10,508 bases of DNA from a bacterium (lineage in GTDB: Bacteria; Zhuqueibacterota; Zhuqueibacteria; Oceanimicrobiales; Oceanimicrobiaceae): contig JBBIIG010000095.1 of the NCBI GenBank assembly GCA_037446635.1, positions 1 to 10,508 of the forward strand, in the 5' to 3' direction. Of the stretch, positions 1 through 8,016 are shown one piece after another (positions within the stretch are counted from its first letter, which is position 1; the number at the start of each line of letters is the position of its first letter). The notes below the pieces were generated by a model. That model was not told the DNA's origin. It searched no databases and worked only from the letters and a program-made list of their open reading frames with translations. Both the position numbers and the translations under genes were made by a program.

Positions 1-761
1 GGCTCTATTACCAGCCCATTTTCACCCGTTCCCTCAAACGGGCGGCGCGCGTCCTCACGCCCTCGGAGAGTGTCCGAAAACAGGTCATCGAGGCGTTCGG
101 CGTCCCACCAGGGACGGTTGTCGCCACGCCGTTGGCAGCGGACGCGGCGTTTCTGAGCGCCCAATTCGATGCGAAATCTCAGCAGATCATTGCCAAATTT
201 GGAGTTCGCCGGCCCTATTTGCTGGCGGTGAGTACCCTGGAGCCGCGAAAAAACCTGCTGCTGCTGTTGCAGGCATACGATTTGCTTAGAAAAGGCACAA
301 ATCTGCCCCCTCAATTGGTCATTATTGGGAAACCCGGCTGGCAAAACGTGCAGCAAACGGAATGGGCAAAACGCTGGCGGGAATCCAACGACATTATTTT
401 TACGGGTTATGTCGAGCAGCACGATCTGCCGCATCTTTATGCCGGGGCAGAGGTGTTTCTGTTTCCCTCGCTGTACGAGGGCTTCGGCCTGCCGCTGATT
501 GAAGCGATGGCGAGCGGCGCGCCGGTGATGGCCTCGGATATTCCGGTGCACCGCGAAGTTTGCGGGGACGCGGCGCTGTTTGCGCATCCTAAGAATCCTG
601 CTGAGTGGAAGGCGGGCATCTTAAAGATTTTGGAAAATTTACCGATGAAAAGGGAAATGATCCAAAAAGGCAGGGAGAGGGTCAAGCAATTCTCGTGGAA
701 AAAAACCGCGGAGTTAACTTTGAATGTCTATGGAATGGACCGCGTAAATGGGGAAAACTAA
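1..761 (+). CDS. GT4 (GT-B fold, Glycos_transf_1) glycosyltransferase, MtfB/WbaZ-like; 5'-truncated by the window edge
   Basis: The frame of the 132..761 ORF is open back to position 3 ([27 protein letters not shown]...), so the true start lies upstream of the window. Motifs: [40 protein letters not shown] (EX7E), SDIPVHREV and FSWKKTA, all typical of this GT4 subgroup. Confidence 0.92.
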   Translation, partial: LYYQPIFTRSLKRAARVLTPSESVRKQVIEAFGVPPGTVVATPLAADAAFLSAQFDAKSQQIIAKFGVRRPYLLAVSTLEPRKNLLLLLQAYDLLRKGTNLPPQLVIIGKPGWQNVQQTEWAKRWRESNDIIFTGYVEQHDLPHLYAGAEVFLFPSLYEGFGLPLIEAMASGAPVMASDIPVHREVCGDAALFAHPKNPAEWKAGILKILENLPMKREMIQKGRERVKQFSWKKTAELTLNVYGMDRVNGEN

Positions 762-1914
762 ACTCATTCAATTGGGAAAATACTACTACCCGGAACCGGG
801 TGGGATGGAGACCCACCTGTACGATCACTGCTGTGAGCTTCGGGACAAATTTGATATCGAGGTGCTGGTGGCCAACACCCGGCCGCGAACGGTCGTCGAG
901 ATGGTGGATGGGGTGCGGGTGACGCGCGCGGCCAACTGGGGCGAGCTGTTCTCCAGCCCGATCTGTCCTACCTTTCCCCGCCACTTGGCGCGCATCCGCA
1001 GCGACCGCGATTCCATCATTCAATTGCATTTGCCCAATCCGCTGGCGCACGTTTCGTATTTGCTGGCGAAGCCGCCGGGACGGCTGGTTTTGATCTGGCA
1101 CAGCGACATTATCAAGCAGCGGTGGCTGTCGCGATTTTATAACCGTTATTTGTACCAGCTTTTGGAGCGCGCCGATTGCGTGGTGGCGACCTCGCCCAAT
1201 TACGTCAAGTATTCGCCGTTTTTACGAAACTATGCCCACAAGACTGTGGTGGTGCCGCTGGGAATTCGGGCGGAGAAATTTGAGCCGTCGTGGCAAACCA
1301 AAATGCAGGCGCAGTGGATTCGCCAGAAGTACGGCGAGCCGATGGTGTTATTTGTGGGGCGGCTGACGTATTACAAAGGACTGGAGACGTTGATTCAAGC
1401 GGCGGAGAAGATGAACGGCAAAATTGCCATCATTGGCAACGGGCCGCTGAAACATCAACTTGAGCAAATGATTCGCGAGCGGGGATTGCAGGGGAAGGTG
1501 TTCATTTTTCAAAATGTTTCAAATGAGGATTTGACGGCGTTTTATCACGCCTGCGACGTGTTTGTTCTGCCTTCCAACAAACGCAGCGAAGCGTTTGGGG
1601 TGGTGCAGTTGGAAGCGATGGCTTGCGGCAAACCGGTGGTGAGCACCAATCTCAACACCGGCGTGCCGTGGGTGAATCAGAACGGCCGCACTGGTTTGGT
1701 GGTGCCGGTTAATCACCCCGAAAAGTTGGCGCAGGCGATTAACTATCTTTTGGAGAATCGCGAGGAGAGCCGGCGTTTAGGCCGCAACGGCCGGCAGCGG
1801 GTTTTGGAGAATTTCACGATCGAAAAAGTCACTGGGCGGATGGAGAGAATTTATGAACAGATTTTGAATGGTGGTCTGAGAAAGGAGCGGACCGCCGAGG
1901 TTACCTATGGATGA
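748..1914 (+). CDS. GT4 glycosyltransferase (WfcD-like), 388 aa
   Basis: N-terminal QLGKYYYPEPGGME, LHLPNP, WHSDII, LFVGRLTYYKG, and DVFVLPS..RSEAFGVVQLEAMACGKPVV (EX7E). Overlaps the upstream gene by 14 bp, consistent with an operon. Confidence 0.92.
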   Translation: MGKTKLIQLGKYYYPEPGGMETHLYDHCCELRDKFDIEVLVANTRPRTVVEMVDGVRVTRAANWGELFSSPICPTFPRHLARIRSDRDSIIQLHLPNPLAHVSYLLAKPPGRLVLIWHSDIIKQRWLSRFYNRYLYQLLERADCVVATSPNYVKYSPFLRNYAHKTVVVPLGIRAEKFEPSWQTKMQAQWIRQKYGEPMVLFVGRLTYYKGLETLIQAAEKMNGKIAIIGNGPLKHQLEQMIRERGLQGKVFIFQNVSNEDLTAFYHACDVFVLPSNKRSEAFGVVQLEAMACGKPVVSTNLNTGVPWVNQNGRTGLVVPVNHPEKLAQAINYLLENREESRRLGRNGRQRVLENFTIEKVTGRMERIYEQILNGGLRKERTAEVTYG

Positions 1915-1934
1915 ACAAATGAGAAAGGGAAGCT

Positions 1935-3059
1935 ATGATACTTGCGCTTCTGCCCGTCATCGCAACGCTGATTATCGCGCTGATGGCGACGCCCGTGGCC
2001 AAAAAGATCGCCCTGCGGCTTAAAATTTACGCTACCACCAACGAGCGCACAGTTCACAACGGCAGCACGCCCAAGTTAGGCGGCCTGAGCATTTTCTTTG
2101 CCTTCACCGTTGGGCTGATTATTTTGACGCTCTTCAACAAAGAGGTGAAAATTCTGAGTGCGCTGCTGGTGGGCGGCAGCATCATGCTCATCGTTGGCCT
2201 GTTCGACGACCTCTACAATTTGAGCTGCTATCGCAAAATGGCGGGACAAACCCTGGCCGCCGTGGTGGCGGTGGCGTTTGGATTTGTGGTGGATACGATT
2301 TACCTGCCTTCGGGAACGACTCTGCACCTTGGGGTGTGGGCCGCTCCGCTCTCTATTTTCTGGATCGTCGCGCTCACCAACGCCATCAACCTGTTAGACG
2401 GCCTCGACGGCCTGGCTTCCGGATTTGTGATCGTGGCGGCGTTTTTTGTGTTTGCCGGCGCCATTATTTTTCACAATCTCAGCATTGCCGCCACCGCGCT
2501 GGTTTTGATTGCGGCTTCGTTGGGATTTTTGCGTTACAATTTTGCGCCCGCCAAAATTTTTATGGGGGATATGGGCAGCTTGTTTTTGGGTTTTGCGCTG
2601 GCGTGCATTTCGCTGAAAGCGTTCACGCTGCCGGAAACCGGTTCCCACGCCGCGGTGTTGGCCGTGCTGTTTCTGGTGCCGCTGGCCGATACCTTCATCG
2701 CGATTTTGCGCCGAGTGAGCGAAGGCCGGCATCCGTTTTCTGCGGACAAAAAGCACATTCATCACCGCCTGTTGGATTTGGGTTTGAGCCAGACCGCGGC
2801 GGTGCTGTTAATTTATATCGCGACTTTTCTCTGCGGCGCGGCCGCGCTGGTTTTGTTTGTGGCCGACCCCCGCATCGCGCTGACGCTGCTGGCGATCATC
2901 CTGCTGGTTTTCTTCGCAGCGTTTGCCCAGTTGGGCTGCTTTGATTTTGTGACGCGGCGGGAGTATTCGGCGGCTGAGCCCTGCCCGCCTGTCTGCACAG
3001 GCAGGCCAGAGGCCTTAAGCAGGGGGGCGATCCGCTTCGGCGGAAAGGAGGTGCGGTGA
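1935..3059 (+). CDS. wecA: Undecaprenyl/decaprenyl-phosphate alpha-GlcNAc-1-phosphate transferase (WecA/TagO, MraY-like Glycos_transf_4 family)
   Basis: Polytopic hydrophobic protein with RTVH..TPKLGG, GLFDD, TNAINLLDGLDGLA, PAKIFMGDMGSLFLG and the WecA-type DKKHIHHRL motif. Purine-rich RBS (GAAAGGGA) upstream. Confidence 0.88.
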   Translation: MILALLPVIATLIIALMATPVAKKIALRLKIYATTNERTVHNGSTPKLGGLSIFFAFTVGLIILTLFNKEVKILSALLVGGSIMLIVGLFDDLYNLSCYRKMAGQTLAAVVAVAFGFVVDTIYLPSGTTLHLGVWAAPLSIFWIVALTNAINLLDGLDGLASGFVIVAAFFVFAGAIIFHNLSIAATALVLIAASLGFLRYNFAPAKIFMGDMGSLFLGFALACISLKAFTLPETGSHAAVLAVLFLVPLADTFIAILRRVSEGRHPFSADKKHIHHRLLDLGLSQTAAVLLIYIATFLCGAAALVLFVADPRIALTLLAIILLVFFAAFAQLGCFDFVTRREYSAAEPCPPVCTGRPEALSRGAIRFGGKEVR

Positions 3060-3067
3060 GAACCCTC

Positions 3068-3120
3068 AATTGTGAATTGATAATTGAGAATTGTTAATTC
3101 ACAATTGGCAATTCACAATT
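3068..3120. repeat. Period-7 AATT-core tandem repeat, with the two halves in inverted arrangement
   Basis: aattgtg aattgat aattgag aattgtt aattcac aattggc aattcac aatt. The early units pair with the late units (ttgtgaatt / aattcacaa). Confidence 0.85.
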
Positions 3121-3136
3121 CTTGCCCCCCTCCTGA

Positions 3137-3168
3137 CCTCCCTCATTTTTAAAACGAAATAGGGGAGG
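3137..3168. terminator. Imperfect hairpin between convergent genes; possible terminator or REP-like element
   Basis: cctccctcattt (3137-3148) and aaataggggagg (3157-3168) are complementary at 10/12 positions. Lies immediately after the stop of the minus-strand PDZ gene. No clear U-tract. Confidence 0.4.
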
Positions 3169-3170
3169 GA

Positions 3171-4268
3171 TTACAACCGCGCGCGATCAAAGCGCAACTT
3201 CATCTCCATTTTCTCCAGTTCTTCCGCTAACTTCTCCATTTCCCGTTCCAGGTCCCGGCCGAACTTTTCCATCTCCGCGCTAAAATTGTCTCCAAATTTT
3301 TTGAGTTCACTTTCGTGGGCGCGAATGTCGCCGAGGTTGCGCCGGAGTTCCCGTTCGAGGTTGCGGCGAATCTCATCGTCCAGATCGGGGCGGAGATTGT
3401 ATTTCAGATCGTGCTGCAGCTGCCGCAGCTCGTCGCGCCAGTCATTTTTCCAGGCGCGCAGCTCATCGTAGTTGCCTGCCTGCTCAGGCAGGAAATCGAA
3501 ATGATAGGAGTGGGGCGGGCGTTCCAGCGTGACTTTGACGGTTTGCTCCTCCCCGCGGCGCTTGATTTTGATTTCGATTTCATCGCCGCGGCGGAAGTCG
3601 GCGAGAATATCAAACACGTCTTCAACGCTGCTTACCGTCCGATTCGCGATTTCAAAAATGACGTCGCCGGCTTTGAGCTCGGCTTCTTCGGCGGGACTGT
3701 TTTTTTCCACTTCCAAAATTAAAACGCCGGAATTTTTTCCCACGGAAAAATAGTGCGCCAGGTCTTCGTTGAGGTCCGTCATGCGAATCCCTAACCAGGG
3801 CCGGTCGCGGAACACCATCACCCGGCGGTCGCGGCGGCGATCGTCGGCGCTGTAGCGGGAGCGGCGCTCGCCCACGGTGAGCTGCACGGTTTTCTTTTGT
3901 TTGTCGCGGATGATTTCCACTTCGACTTTTTTATCCGGCCGGGTGCGGCGGACGGCGCGGATCAGGTCGTCGGTGTCGCGGATGCGCTTGCCATCGAATT
4001 TGATGATGAGGTCTTCTTCTTGCAGGCCGGCGTCGTCAGCGGGGCCGCCGCTGACGCCGTCGTTGATAAACGCGCCGTAGCGCTCATCGAGATCCAGATA
4101 GCGCCGCAGCTCGCGATCGAGATCCTGCACATAAACGCCGATCCAGCCGTCGTTGTCGCGCGCCGACTGGTAGGCGCGCGGGCCGGGTGAACCGCAGCTT
4201 GTGAGGACAATCATTAGCGCCAGGGCAAACCAAATTTTAGGAGAGGCGAAAAGGCTTCGTGGTTTCAT
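3171..4268 (-). CDS. Predicted lipoprotein with two DegP/HtrA-like PDZ domains and a C-terminal charged coiled-coil region; no protease domain
   Basis: Signal peptide ending in lipobox LTSC (Cys25). PDZ1 GWIGVYVQDL...GGPADDAGLQEEDLIIKFDG; PDZ2 PWLGIRMTDL...GVLILEVEKNSPAEEAELKAGDVIFEI. E/K/R/L/M-rich heptad-like C-terminus. Strong SD upstream. Confidence 0.88.
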   Translation of the reverse strand: MKPRSLFASPKIWFALALMIVLTSCGSPGPRAYQSARDNDGWIGVYVQDLDRELRRYLDLDERYGAFINDGVSGGPADDAGLQEEDLIIKFDGKRIRDTDDLIRAVRRTRPDKKVEVEIIRDKQKKTVQLTVGERRSRYSADDRRRDRRVMVFRDRPWLGIRMTDLNEDLAHYFSVGKNSGVLILEVEKNSPAEEAELKAGDVIFEIANRTVSSVEDVFDILADFRRGDEIEIKIKRRGEEQTVKVTLERPPHSYHFDFLPEQAGNYDELRAWKNDWRDELRQLQHDLKYNLRPDLDDEIRRNLERELRRNLGDIRAHESELKKFGDNFSAEMEKFGRDLEREMEKLAEELEKMEMKLRFDRARL

Positions 4269-4272
4269 AGAA

Positions 4273-4280
4273 CCTCCTTA
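4273..4280 (-). promoter_or_regulatory. Shine-Dalgarno site of the PDZ lipoprotein gene
   Basis: Minus strand reads TAAGGAGG-ttct-ATG. Confidence 0.8.
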
Positions 4281-4341
4281 ACGATCAACGGAATGAGATG
4301 AATGAAAATTTATTATTTTGACGACGGCTCTTGCTAAATAG

Positions 4342-4366
4342 TTGCCTGCCTGCTGCAGGCAGGCAA
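4342..4366. repeat. REP-like palindrome (GCCTGCCTG...CAGGCAGGC type)
   Basis: ttgcctgcctgc-t-gcaggcaggcaa has perfect 12-bp arms. Related copies at 2987-3006, 3469-3497 and about 9281-9300. Confidence 0.8.
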
Positions 4367-4498
4367 TCATTTTAGATTCACCACAGGAACCAAGCTCTGA
4401 CTCGCCACGTATCATTTTTAACTTTTCACCTGCCGCGCCGCGCGGAATTTTGTGATGCAGTCAGGCGTTTGTAAAAATAAACCAACTGGATAAATCCC

Positions 4499-7117
4499 GT
4501 GAATATTGTTGCGCTGATTTTTAGCTCGCTCCTCGCCAGCGGAGTGAGCGCTTTTTCCGGCAATGAAAGCGAAAGCCTGCAAAAAGCCGCGGCGTTTTTA
4601 AGAGTCGGCGAGTATGAGAAGGCGCTTCCGCCAGAGCGGATCGGCCAAGCCGAGGCGCAATATGAGCCGGCAGCGCGTGAGAATTCGGTGGACGCGCAGT
4701 TGGGCAGGGCGCGGGTGCTGATTGAAAAAGGAGAGTACGTTCGCGCCGTGGAGACCTGCCGCCAAGCCCTCGCTGCCGAGCCGCAAAACGCCGACGCCCT
4801 CAATTTGTTCGGTGAGGTTTCAAAACGGCTGGGACAGTACGATTCGGCGCGGGCGAATTTTCAAAAGGCGCTGAGCATCAACCCCAACCACCTGGCGGCG
4901 CGATTGAATTTAGGCATTCTGCAGCGAGAGTGGGGTGAAAACGAGGCTTCCCGACAAACGCTGCAATTTTTCATCTCTTATTATCAGAGCCACACCAATT
5001 TGAGCGCGGAGGAATTGAGTCTCATCGCGCAGGCGTGTGTTTACCTCAACCGCTTCCGCGACGCCAATGATCTTTTCTACGAGGCCACTCAGCGAGACAA
5101 AACCTACTGGCAGGCATATATACCCTGGGGTAATATCTTTCTTTCGAAATACAACATTCCGGATGCCGTCAGTGTGTTTGAAGATGCGTTGAAAATCAAT
5201 CCCAATGCTGCGGAAGCCCACCTCGGGCTGGCGCGCTGCTGGATGAGCAGCGATTTCGATCGCAGCCGGCAAGCCGCCGAAACCGCGCTCAGCAAAAATC
5301 CCAATTTGATTGAAGCGCTCAATTTGCTGGCGGAAATGGACATCGCCATCGGCGATTTCAAAACTGCGCTGGGAAAATTGGAAAAACCCCTGCAGGTGAA
5401 TCCGAATGCGCTCACGACTCGCAGCTTGCGCGCCGTTTGTTTTTATTTTCTCAACGACGATCAAAATTTCAGAAACGAAGAAACGAAAATTCTGTCGGTC
5501 AATCCCCGCTACGGGGAGTTGTATTTTCAAATTGCCGAGCACCTTTCGCGGCGCTATCTTTTCAAGGAGTCAGTGGAGTTTTATCGAAAAGGGTTAACCC
5601 TCGATCCCGAAAACTGGAACGCGCGCGCCGGGCTGGGCACCAGCTTGAGCCGGGTGGGCGATGAAGCCGCGGCAAAAGCGGAATTAGAGAAAGCGTTTGC
5701 CAACGATCCATTCAACAAGTACGTCGGTAATCTGCTCACGCTGTTTGATGACTACCCAAAGTACAAAATTCATCGCACGCCGAACTTTGTTCTCCGCATC
5801 CACGAGCGGGACGATCCGGTGCTGGCGCGCTACGCCCTCGAGCTGGCGAAAGACAGCCACGCGAAGATCGACGCCCGTTATCCGGTCAAAGATGCGCCGC
5901 CGTTTACTCTCGAAATTTTCCCCGAACATGACGATTTCGCGGTGCGCTGCTTTGGGCTGCCGGGCGCGCAGGCGTTTTTGGGAATCTGTTTCGGCAACGT
6001 GGTGGCGATGGATTCTCCGCGCGCCCGCGCCAAAGGCGATTTCGTCTGGGGGGAAACCCTCTGGCACGAGCTGGTGCACGTGAGCCACCTGCGGCTCACC
6101 GGCAACCGCATCCCGCGCTGGCTGGCGGAGGGCATCGCGGTTTACGAAACCTCCACCGCCAATCCTTTCTGGCAAATGAATCTCGATGTGCCGCTCATTC
6201 AGGCGTACCTTGATAATCGCTTGCTGCCGCTCAAAGACCTCGATGCCGGCTTCAATCGTCCCAGCAATCCCGGACAGGTTTCACTCTCTTATTTTCAAGC
6301 CTCGCTGGTGGTGGAGTTTCTGGTAAAAAAATACGGCCGCGAATCGCTGCTGGCTACCTTTTCGCTTTTTAAATCGGGAATGGAAACCGAGCCGATTTTT
6401 AAGAACGTTTACGGCAAGGATTTGAATGTTTTGAATGATGAGTTTCAGGCTTATTTAAAAGAAAAGTACCGTTTCGGCGCGGTGGATTACATTTTAGATC
6501 ACCACGAAAGCGGCTCTGAGGAGCTCGCCAAAAAACTTGCACAAAAACCCAACAATCCGTTCTTGAATTACCGTCTTGGCAAGTATTATAAAGAGAAAGG
6601 CGATTACGCCAAAGCCACACCGCTGCTGCAAAAGGCGCGGGAGCTGTTTCCGGATTATGTGATTCATGACAACCCGTATCAGGCGCTGGCAGAAATTTAT
6701 ATCAAGACCGGTCAGAAGCAACTGGCGATCAAAGAACTGAGCGAGTTGACGTCTCGCAACGGCAAGGAATTGGTGCCGCTGCAAATGCTGGCGGACTTGT
6801 GCATCGAAACCAAAAATTACCCGGGCGCTATTGAGGCTCTGAAAAAAGTTATTTATATTTCACCATTCGAACCCGAGGTGCACAAGAAATTAGCTTCGGT
6901 GTATTTGGCGCAAAAACAGTTTGACGTCGCGATTCTCGAACTGCAAACTCTGCTGCTCACCGAGCCGCCGGATCTGGCAGGCGCCCACTGCGACTTAGCG
7001 GACGCCTATTTGCAGGCCGGCAATAAGTCCGAGGCGAAGAAGTCGGCGCTGCAGGCGCTGGAAATCGCCCCCCAGTACGAACGCGCTCAGGAAATTCTGC
7101 TGGCGTGTGTGGAGTAG
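4499..7117 (+). CDS. Exported TPR-repeat protein with a central peptidase MA-like (gluzincin-type) zinc-binding domain, 872 aa
   Basis: GTG start (in-frame stop at 4478-4480). Hydrophobic N-terminus ending GVSA. Many TPR units (e.g. YDSARANFQKALSINPNHLAARLNLG, FEDALKINPNAAEAHLGLA). WHELVH (H523-H527) followed by IPRWLAEGIAVY (E544). Further C-terminal TPRs. Confidence 0.88.
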   Translation: MNIVALIFSSLLASGVSAFSGNESESLQKAAAFLRVGEYEKALPPERIGQAEAQYEPAARENSVDAQLGRARVLIEKGEYVRAVETCRQALAAEPQNADALNLFGEVSKRLGQYDSARANFQKALSINPNHLAARLNLGILQREWGENEASRQTLQFFISYYQSHTNLSAEELSLIAQACVYLNRFRDANDLFYEATQRDKTYWQAYIPWGNIFLSKYNIPDAVSVFEDALKINPNAAEAHLGLARCWMSSDFDRSRQAAETALSKNPNLIEALNLLAEMDIAIGDFKTALGKLEKPLQVNPNALTTRSLRAVCFYFLNDDQNFRNEETKILSVNPRYGELYFQIAEHLSRRYLFKESVEFYRKGLTLDPENWNARAGLGTSLSRVGDEAAAKAELEKAFANDPFNKYVGNLLTLFDDYPKYKIHRTPNFVLRIHERDDPVLARYALELAKDSHAKIDARYPVKDAPPFTLEIFPEHDDFAVRCFGLPGAQAFLGICFGNVVAMDSPRARAKGDFVWGETLWHELVHVSHLRLTGNRIPRWLAEGIAVYETSTANPFWQMNLDVPLIQAYLDNRLLPLKDLDAGFNRPSNPGQVSLSYFQASLVVEFLVKKYGRESLLATFSLFKSGMETEPIFKNVYGKDLNVLNDEFQAYLKEKYRFGAVDYILDHHESGSEELAKKLAQKPNNPFLNYRLGKYYKEKGDYAKATPLLQKARELFPDYVIHDNPYQALAEIYIKTGQKQLAIKELSELTSRNGKELVPLQMLADLCIETKNYPGAIEALKKVIYISPFEPEVHKKLASVYLAQKQFDVAILELQTLLLTEPPDLAGAHCDLADAYLQAGNKSEAKKSALQALEIAPQYERAQEILLACVE

Positions 7118-7128
7118 CCAAACGACTC

Positions 7129-7271
7129 AACCGCAAGGTTCGCTAAGAAAACGCAAAGAGCACAAGAGAAATTTATTCACCACGAACAACACAAAGTTTT
7201 TGAATTACTCGATAAATTAGAAACCTGATTTTTATTAGCGCTCGTTGTGCCAACTTTGCGATCCTGCGGTT
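7129..7271. repeat. Imperfect intergenic inverted repeat built from CGCAAAG-like units
   Basis: Left arm aaccgcaaggttcgctaagaaaacgcaaagagcac. Right arm reverse complement aaccgcaggatcgcaaagttggcacaacgagcgc. Confidence 0.6.
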
Positions 7272-7305
7272 AAGCAGAGTGGTCTCTTTGTCCCGAGTTT
7301 AGGAT

Positions 7306-8016
7306 ATGAAAGTAAAAACCATTCTTTTTCTATTATTGACCCTGTCATTTTCACCGGAAGCCGGTGCCCAGGTCGCCTCGGGCGACGAGTTCCAATTCGT
7401 GCGCATCCGGTTCACGGATCACGGCATCCGCTACGGCTACGGCTTTTCCACCGACGCCCCCACCTGGGCGCACGATTACCCGCAAGCCGAAGAAAATCTT
7501 TACACCGCGCTCAAGGCTGCGACCTCGTTTAAAATCGCGGCAGAGACGAAAGTCTTGACATTTTCTGACGATGAAATATTTAACTACCCGTTTATCTATG
7601 CGTGTGAAATCGGGTACCTGACGCTTGCAGAGGATGAAGTCAAAAACCTCAGGGAATATTTACTGCGCGGAGGTTTCTTAATGGTCGATGATTTTCGCGG
7701 CTATTTTGAATGGCAAAACTGGCTGCGGGAAATTCGCAAAGTCCTGCCCGAGTTCCCCATGCGGCAGATCAGCGTGAGCCACCCCATCTTCCACTGCTTT
7801 TTTGATCTCACCGAAATCTATAAACCGATTCCGTATTTGCCGAACGAGCCTCCGCAATACTGGGCAATATTTGATGACTCCGACCGCATGATGGTGCTCA
7901 TCAATTTCAACAACGACGTTGGCGACGGTTGGGAACTACCGCACGAGACCCCGGACTTCTCCACCGATTCGTTTAAGCTCGGCATCAATTATCTGATTTA
8001 TTCTTACACTCACTAA
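7306..8016 (+). CDS. DUF4159 domain protein with signal peptide (paralogue 1), 236 aa
   Basis: Sec-type signal (MKVK-hydrophobic-AGA|Q). Motifs FQFVRIRF, WAHDYPQAEEN, YPFIY, NLREYLLRGGFLMVDDF, HPIFHCFF, NNDVGDGWE and KLGINYLIYSYTH, recognised as DUF4159-like. Confidence 0.82.
   Translation: MKVKTILFLLLTLSFSPEAGAQVASGDEFQFVRIRFTDHGIRYGYGFSTDAPTWAHDYPQAEENLYTALKAATSFKIAAETKVLTFSDDEIFNYPFIYACEIGYLTLAEDEVKNLREYLLRGGFLMVDDFRGYFEWQNWLREIRKVLPEFPMRQISVSHPIFHCFFDLTEIYKPIPYLPNEPPQYWAIFDDSDRMMVLINFNNDVGDGWELPHETPDFSTDSFKLGINYLIYSYTH

Noticed and set aside
132..134. TTG start assigned to the first glycosyltransferase
   Set aside because: The frame is open to the window edge and the upstream translation continues the GT4 N-terminal domain, so the gene is simply truncated by the window.
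1907..2023. GAGG-preceded ATG giving a 38-aa ORF overlapping the wecA start
   Set aside because: Out of frame with wecA, which has its own RBS and an intact N-terminal TM helix. No evidence of a frameshift or a real peptide.
2336..2944. 202-aa alternative-frame ORF inside wecA, plus the other short overlapping ORFs in the track
   Set aside because: Arg/Gly/Pro-rich off-frame translations of GC-rich codons within well-supported genes.
3045..3097. SD-like AAGGAGGTG followed by a GTG overlapping the wecA stop, opening a 13-codon ORF
   Set aside because: The ORF runs straight into the heptamer repeat and stops, and the SD spacing is short. It could be a relic of a lost coupled gene but cannot be supported.
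4269..4498. Sigma70 promoters in the divergent intergenic region
   Set aside because: AT-rich patches are present, but no convincing -35/-10 pair could be assigned by eye.
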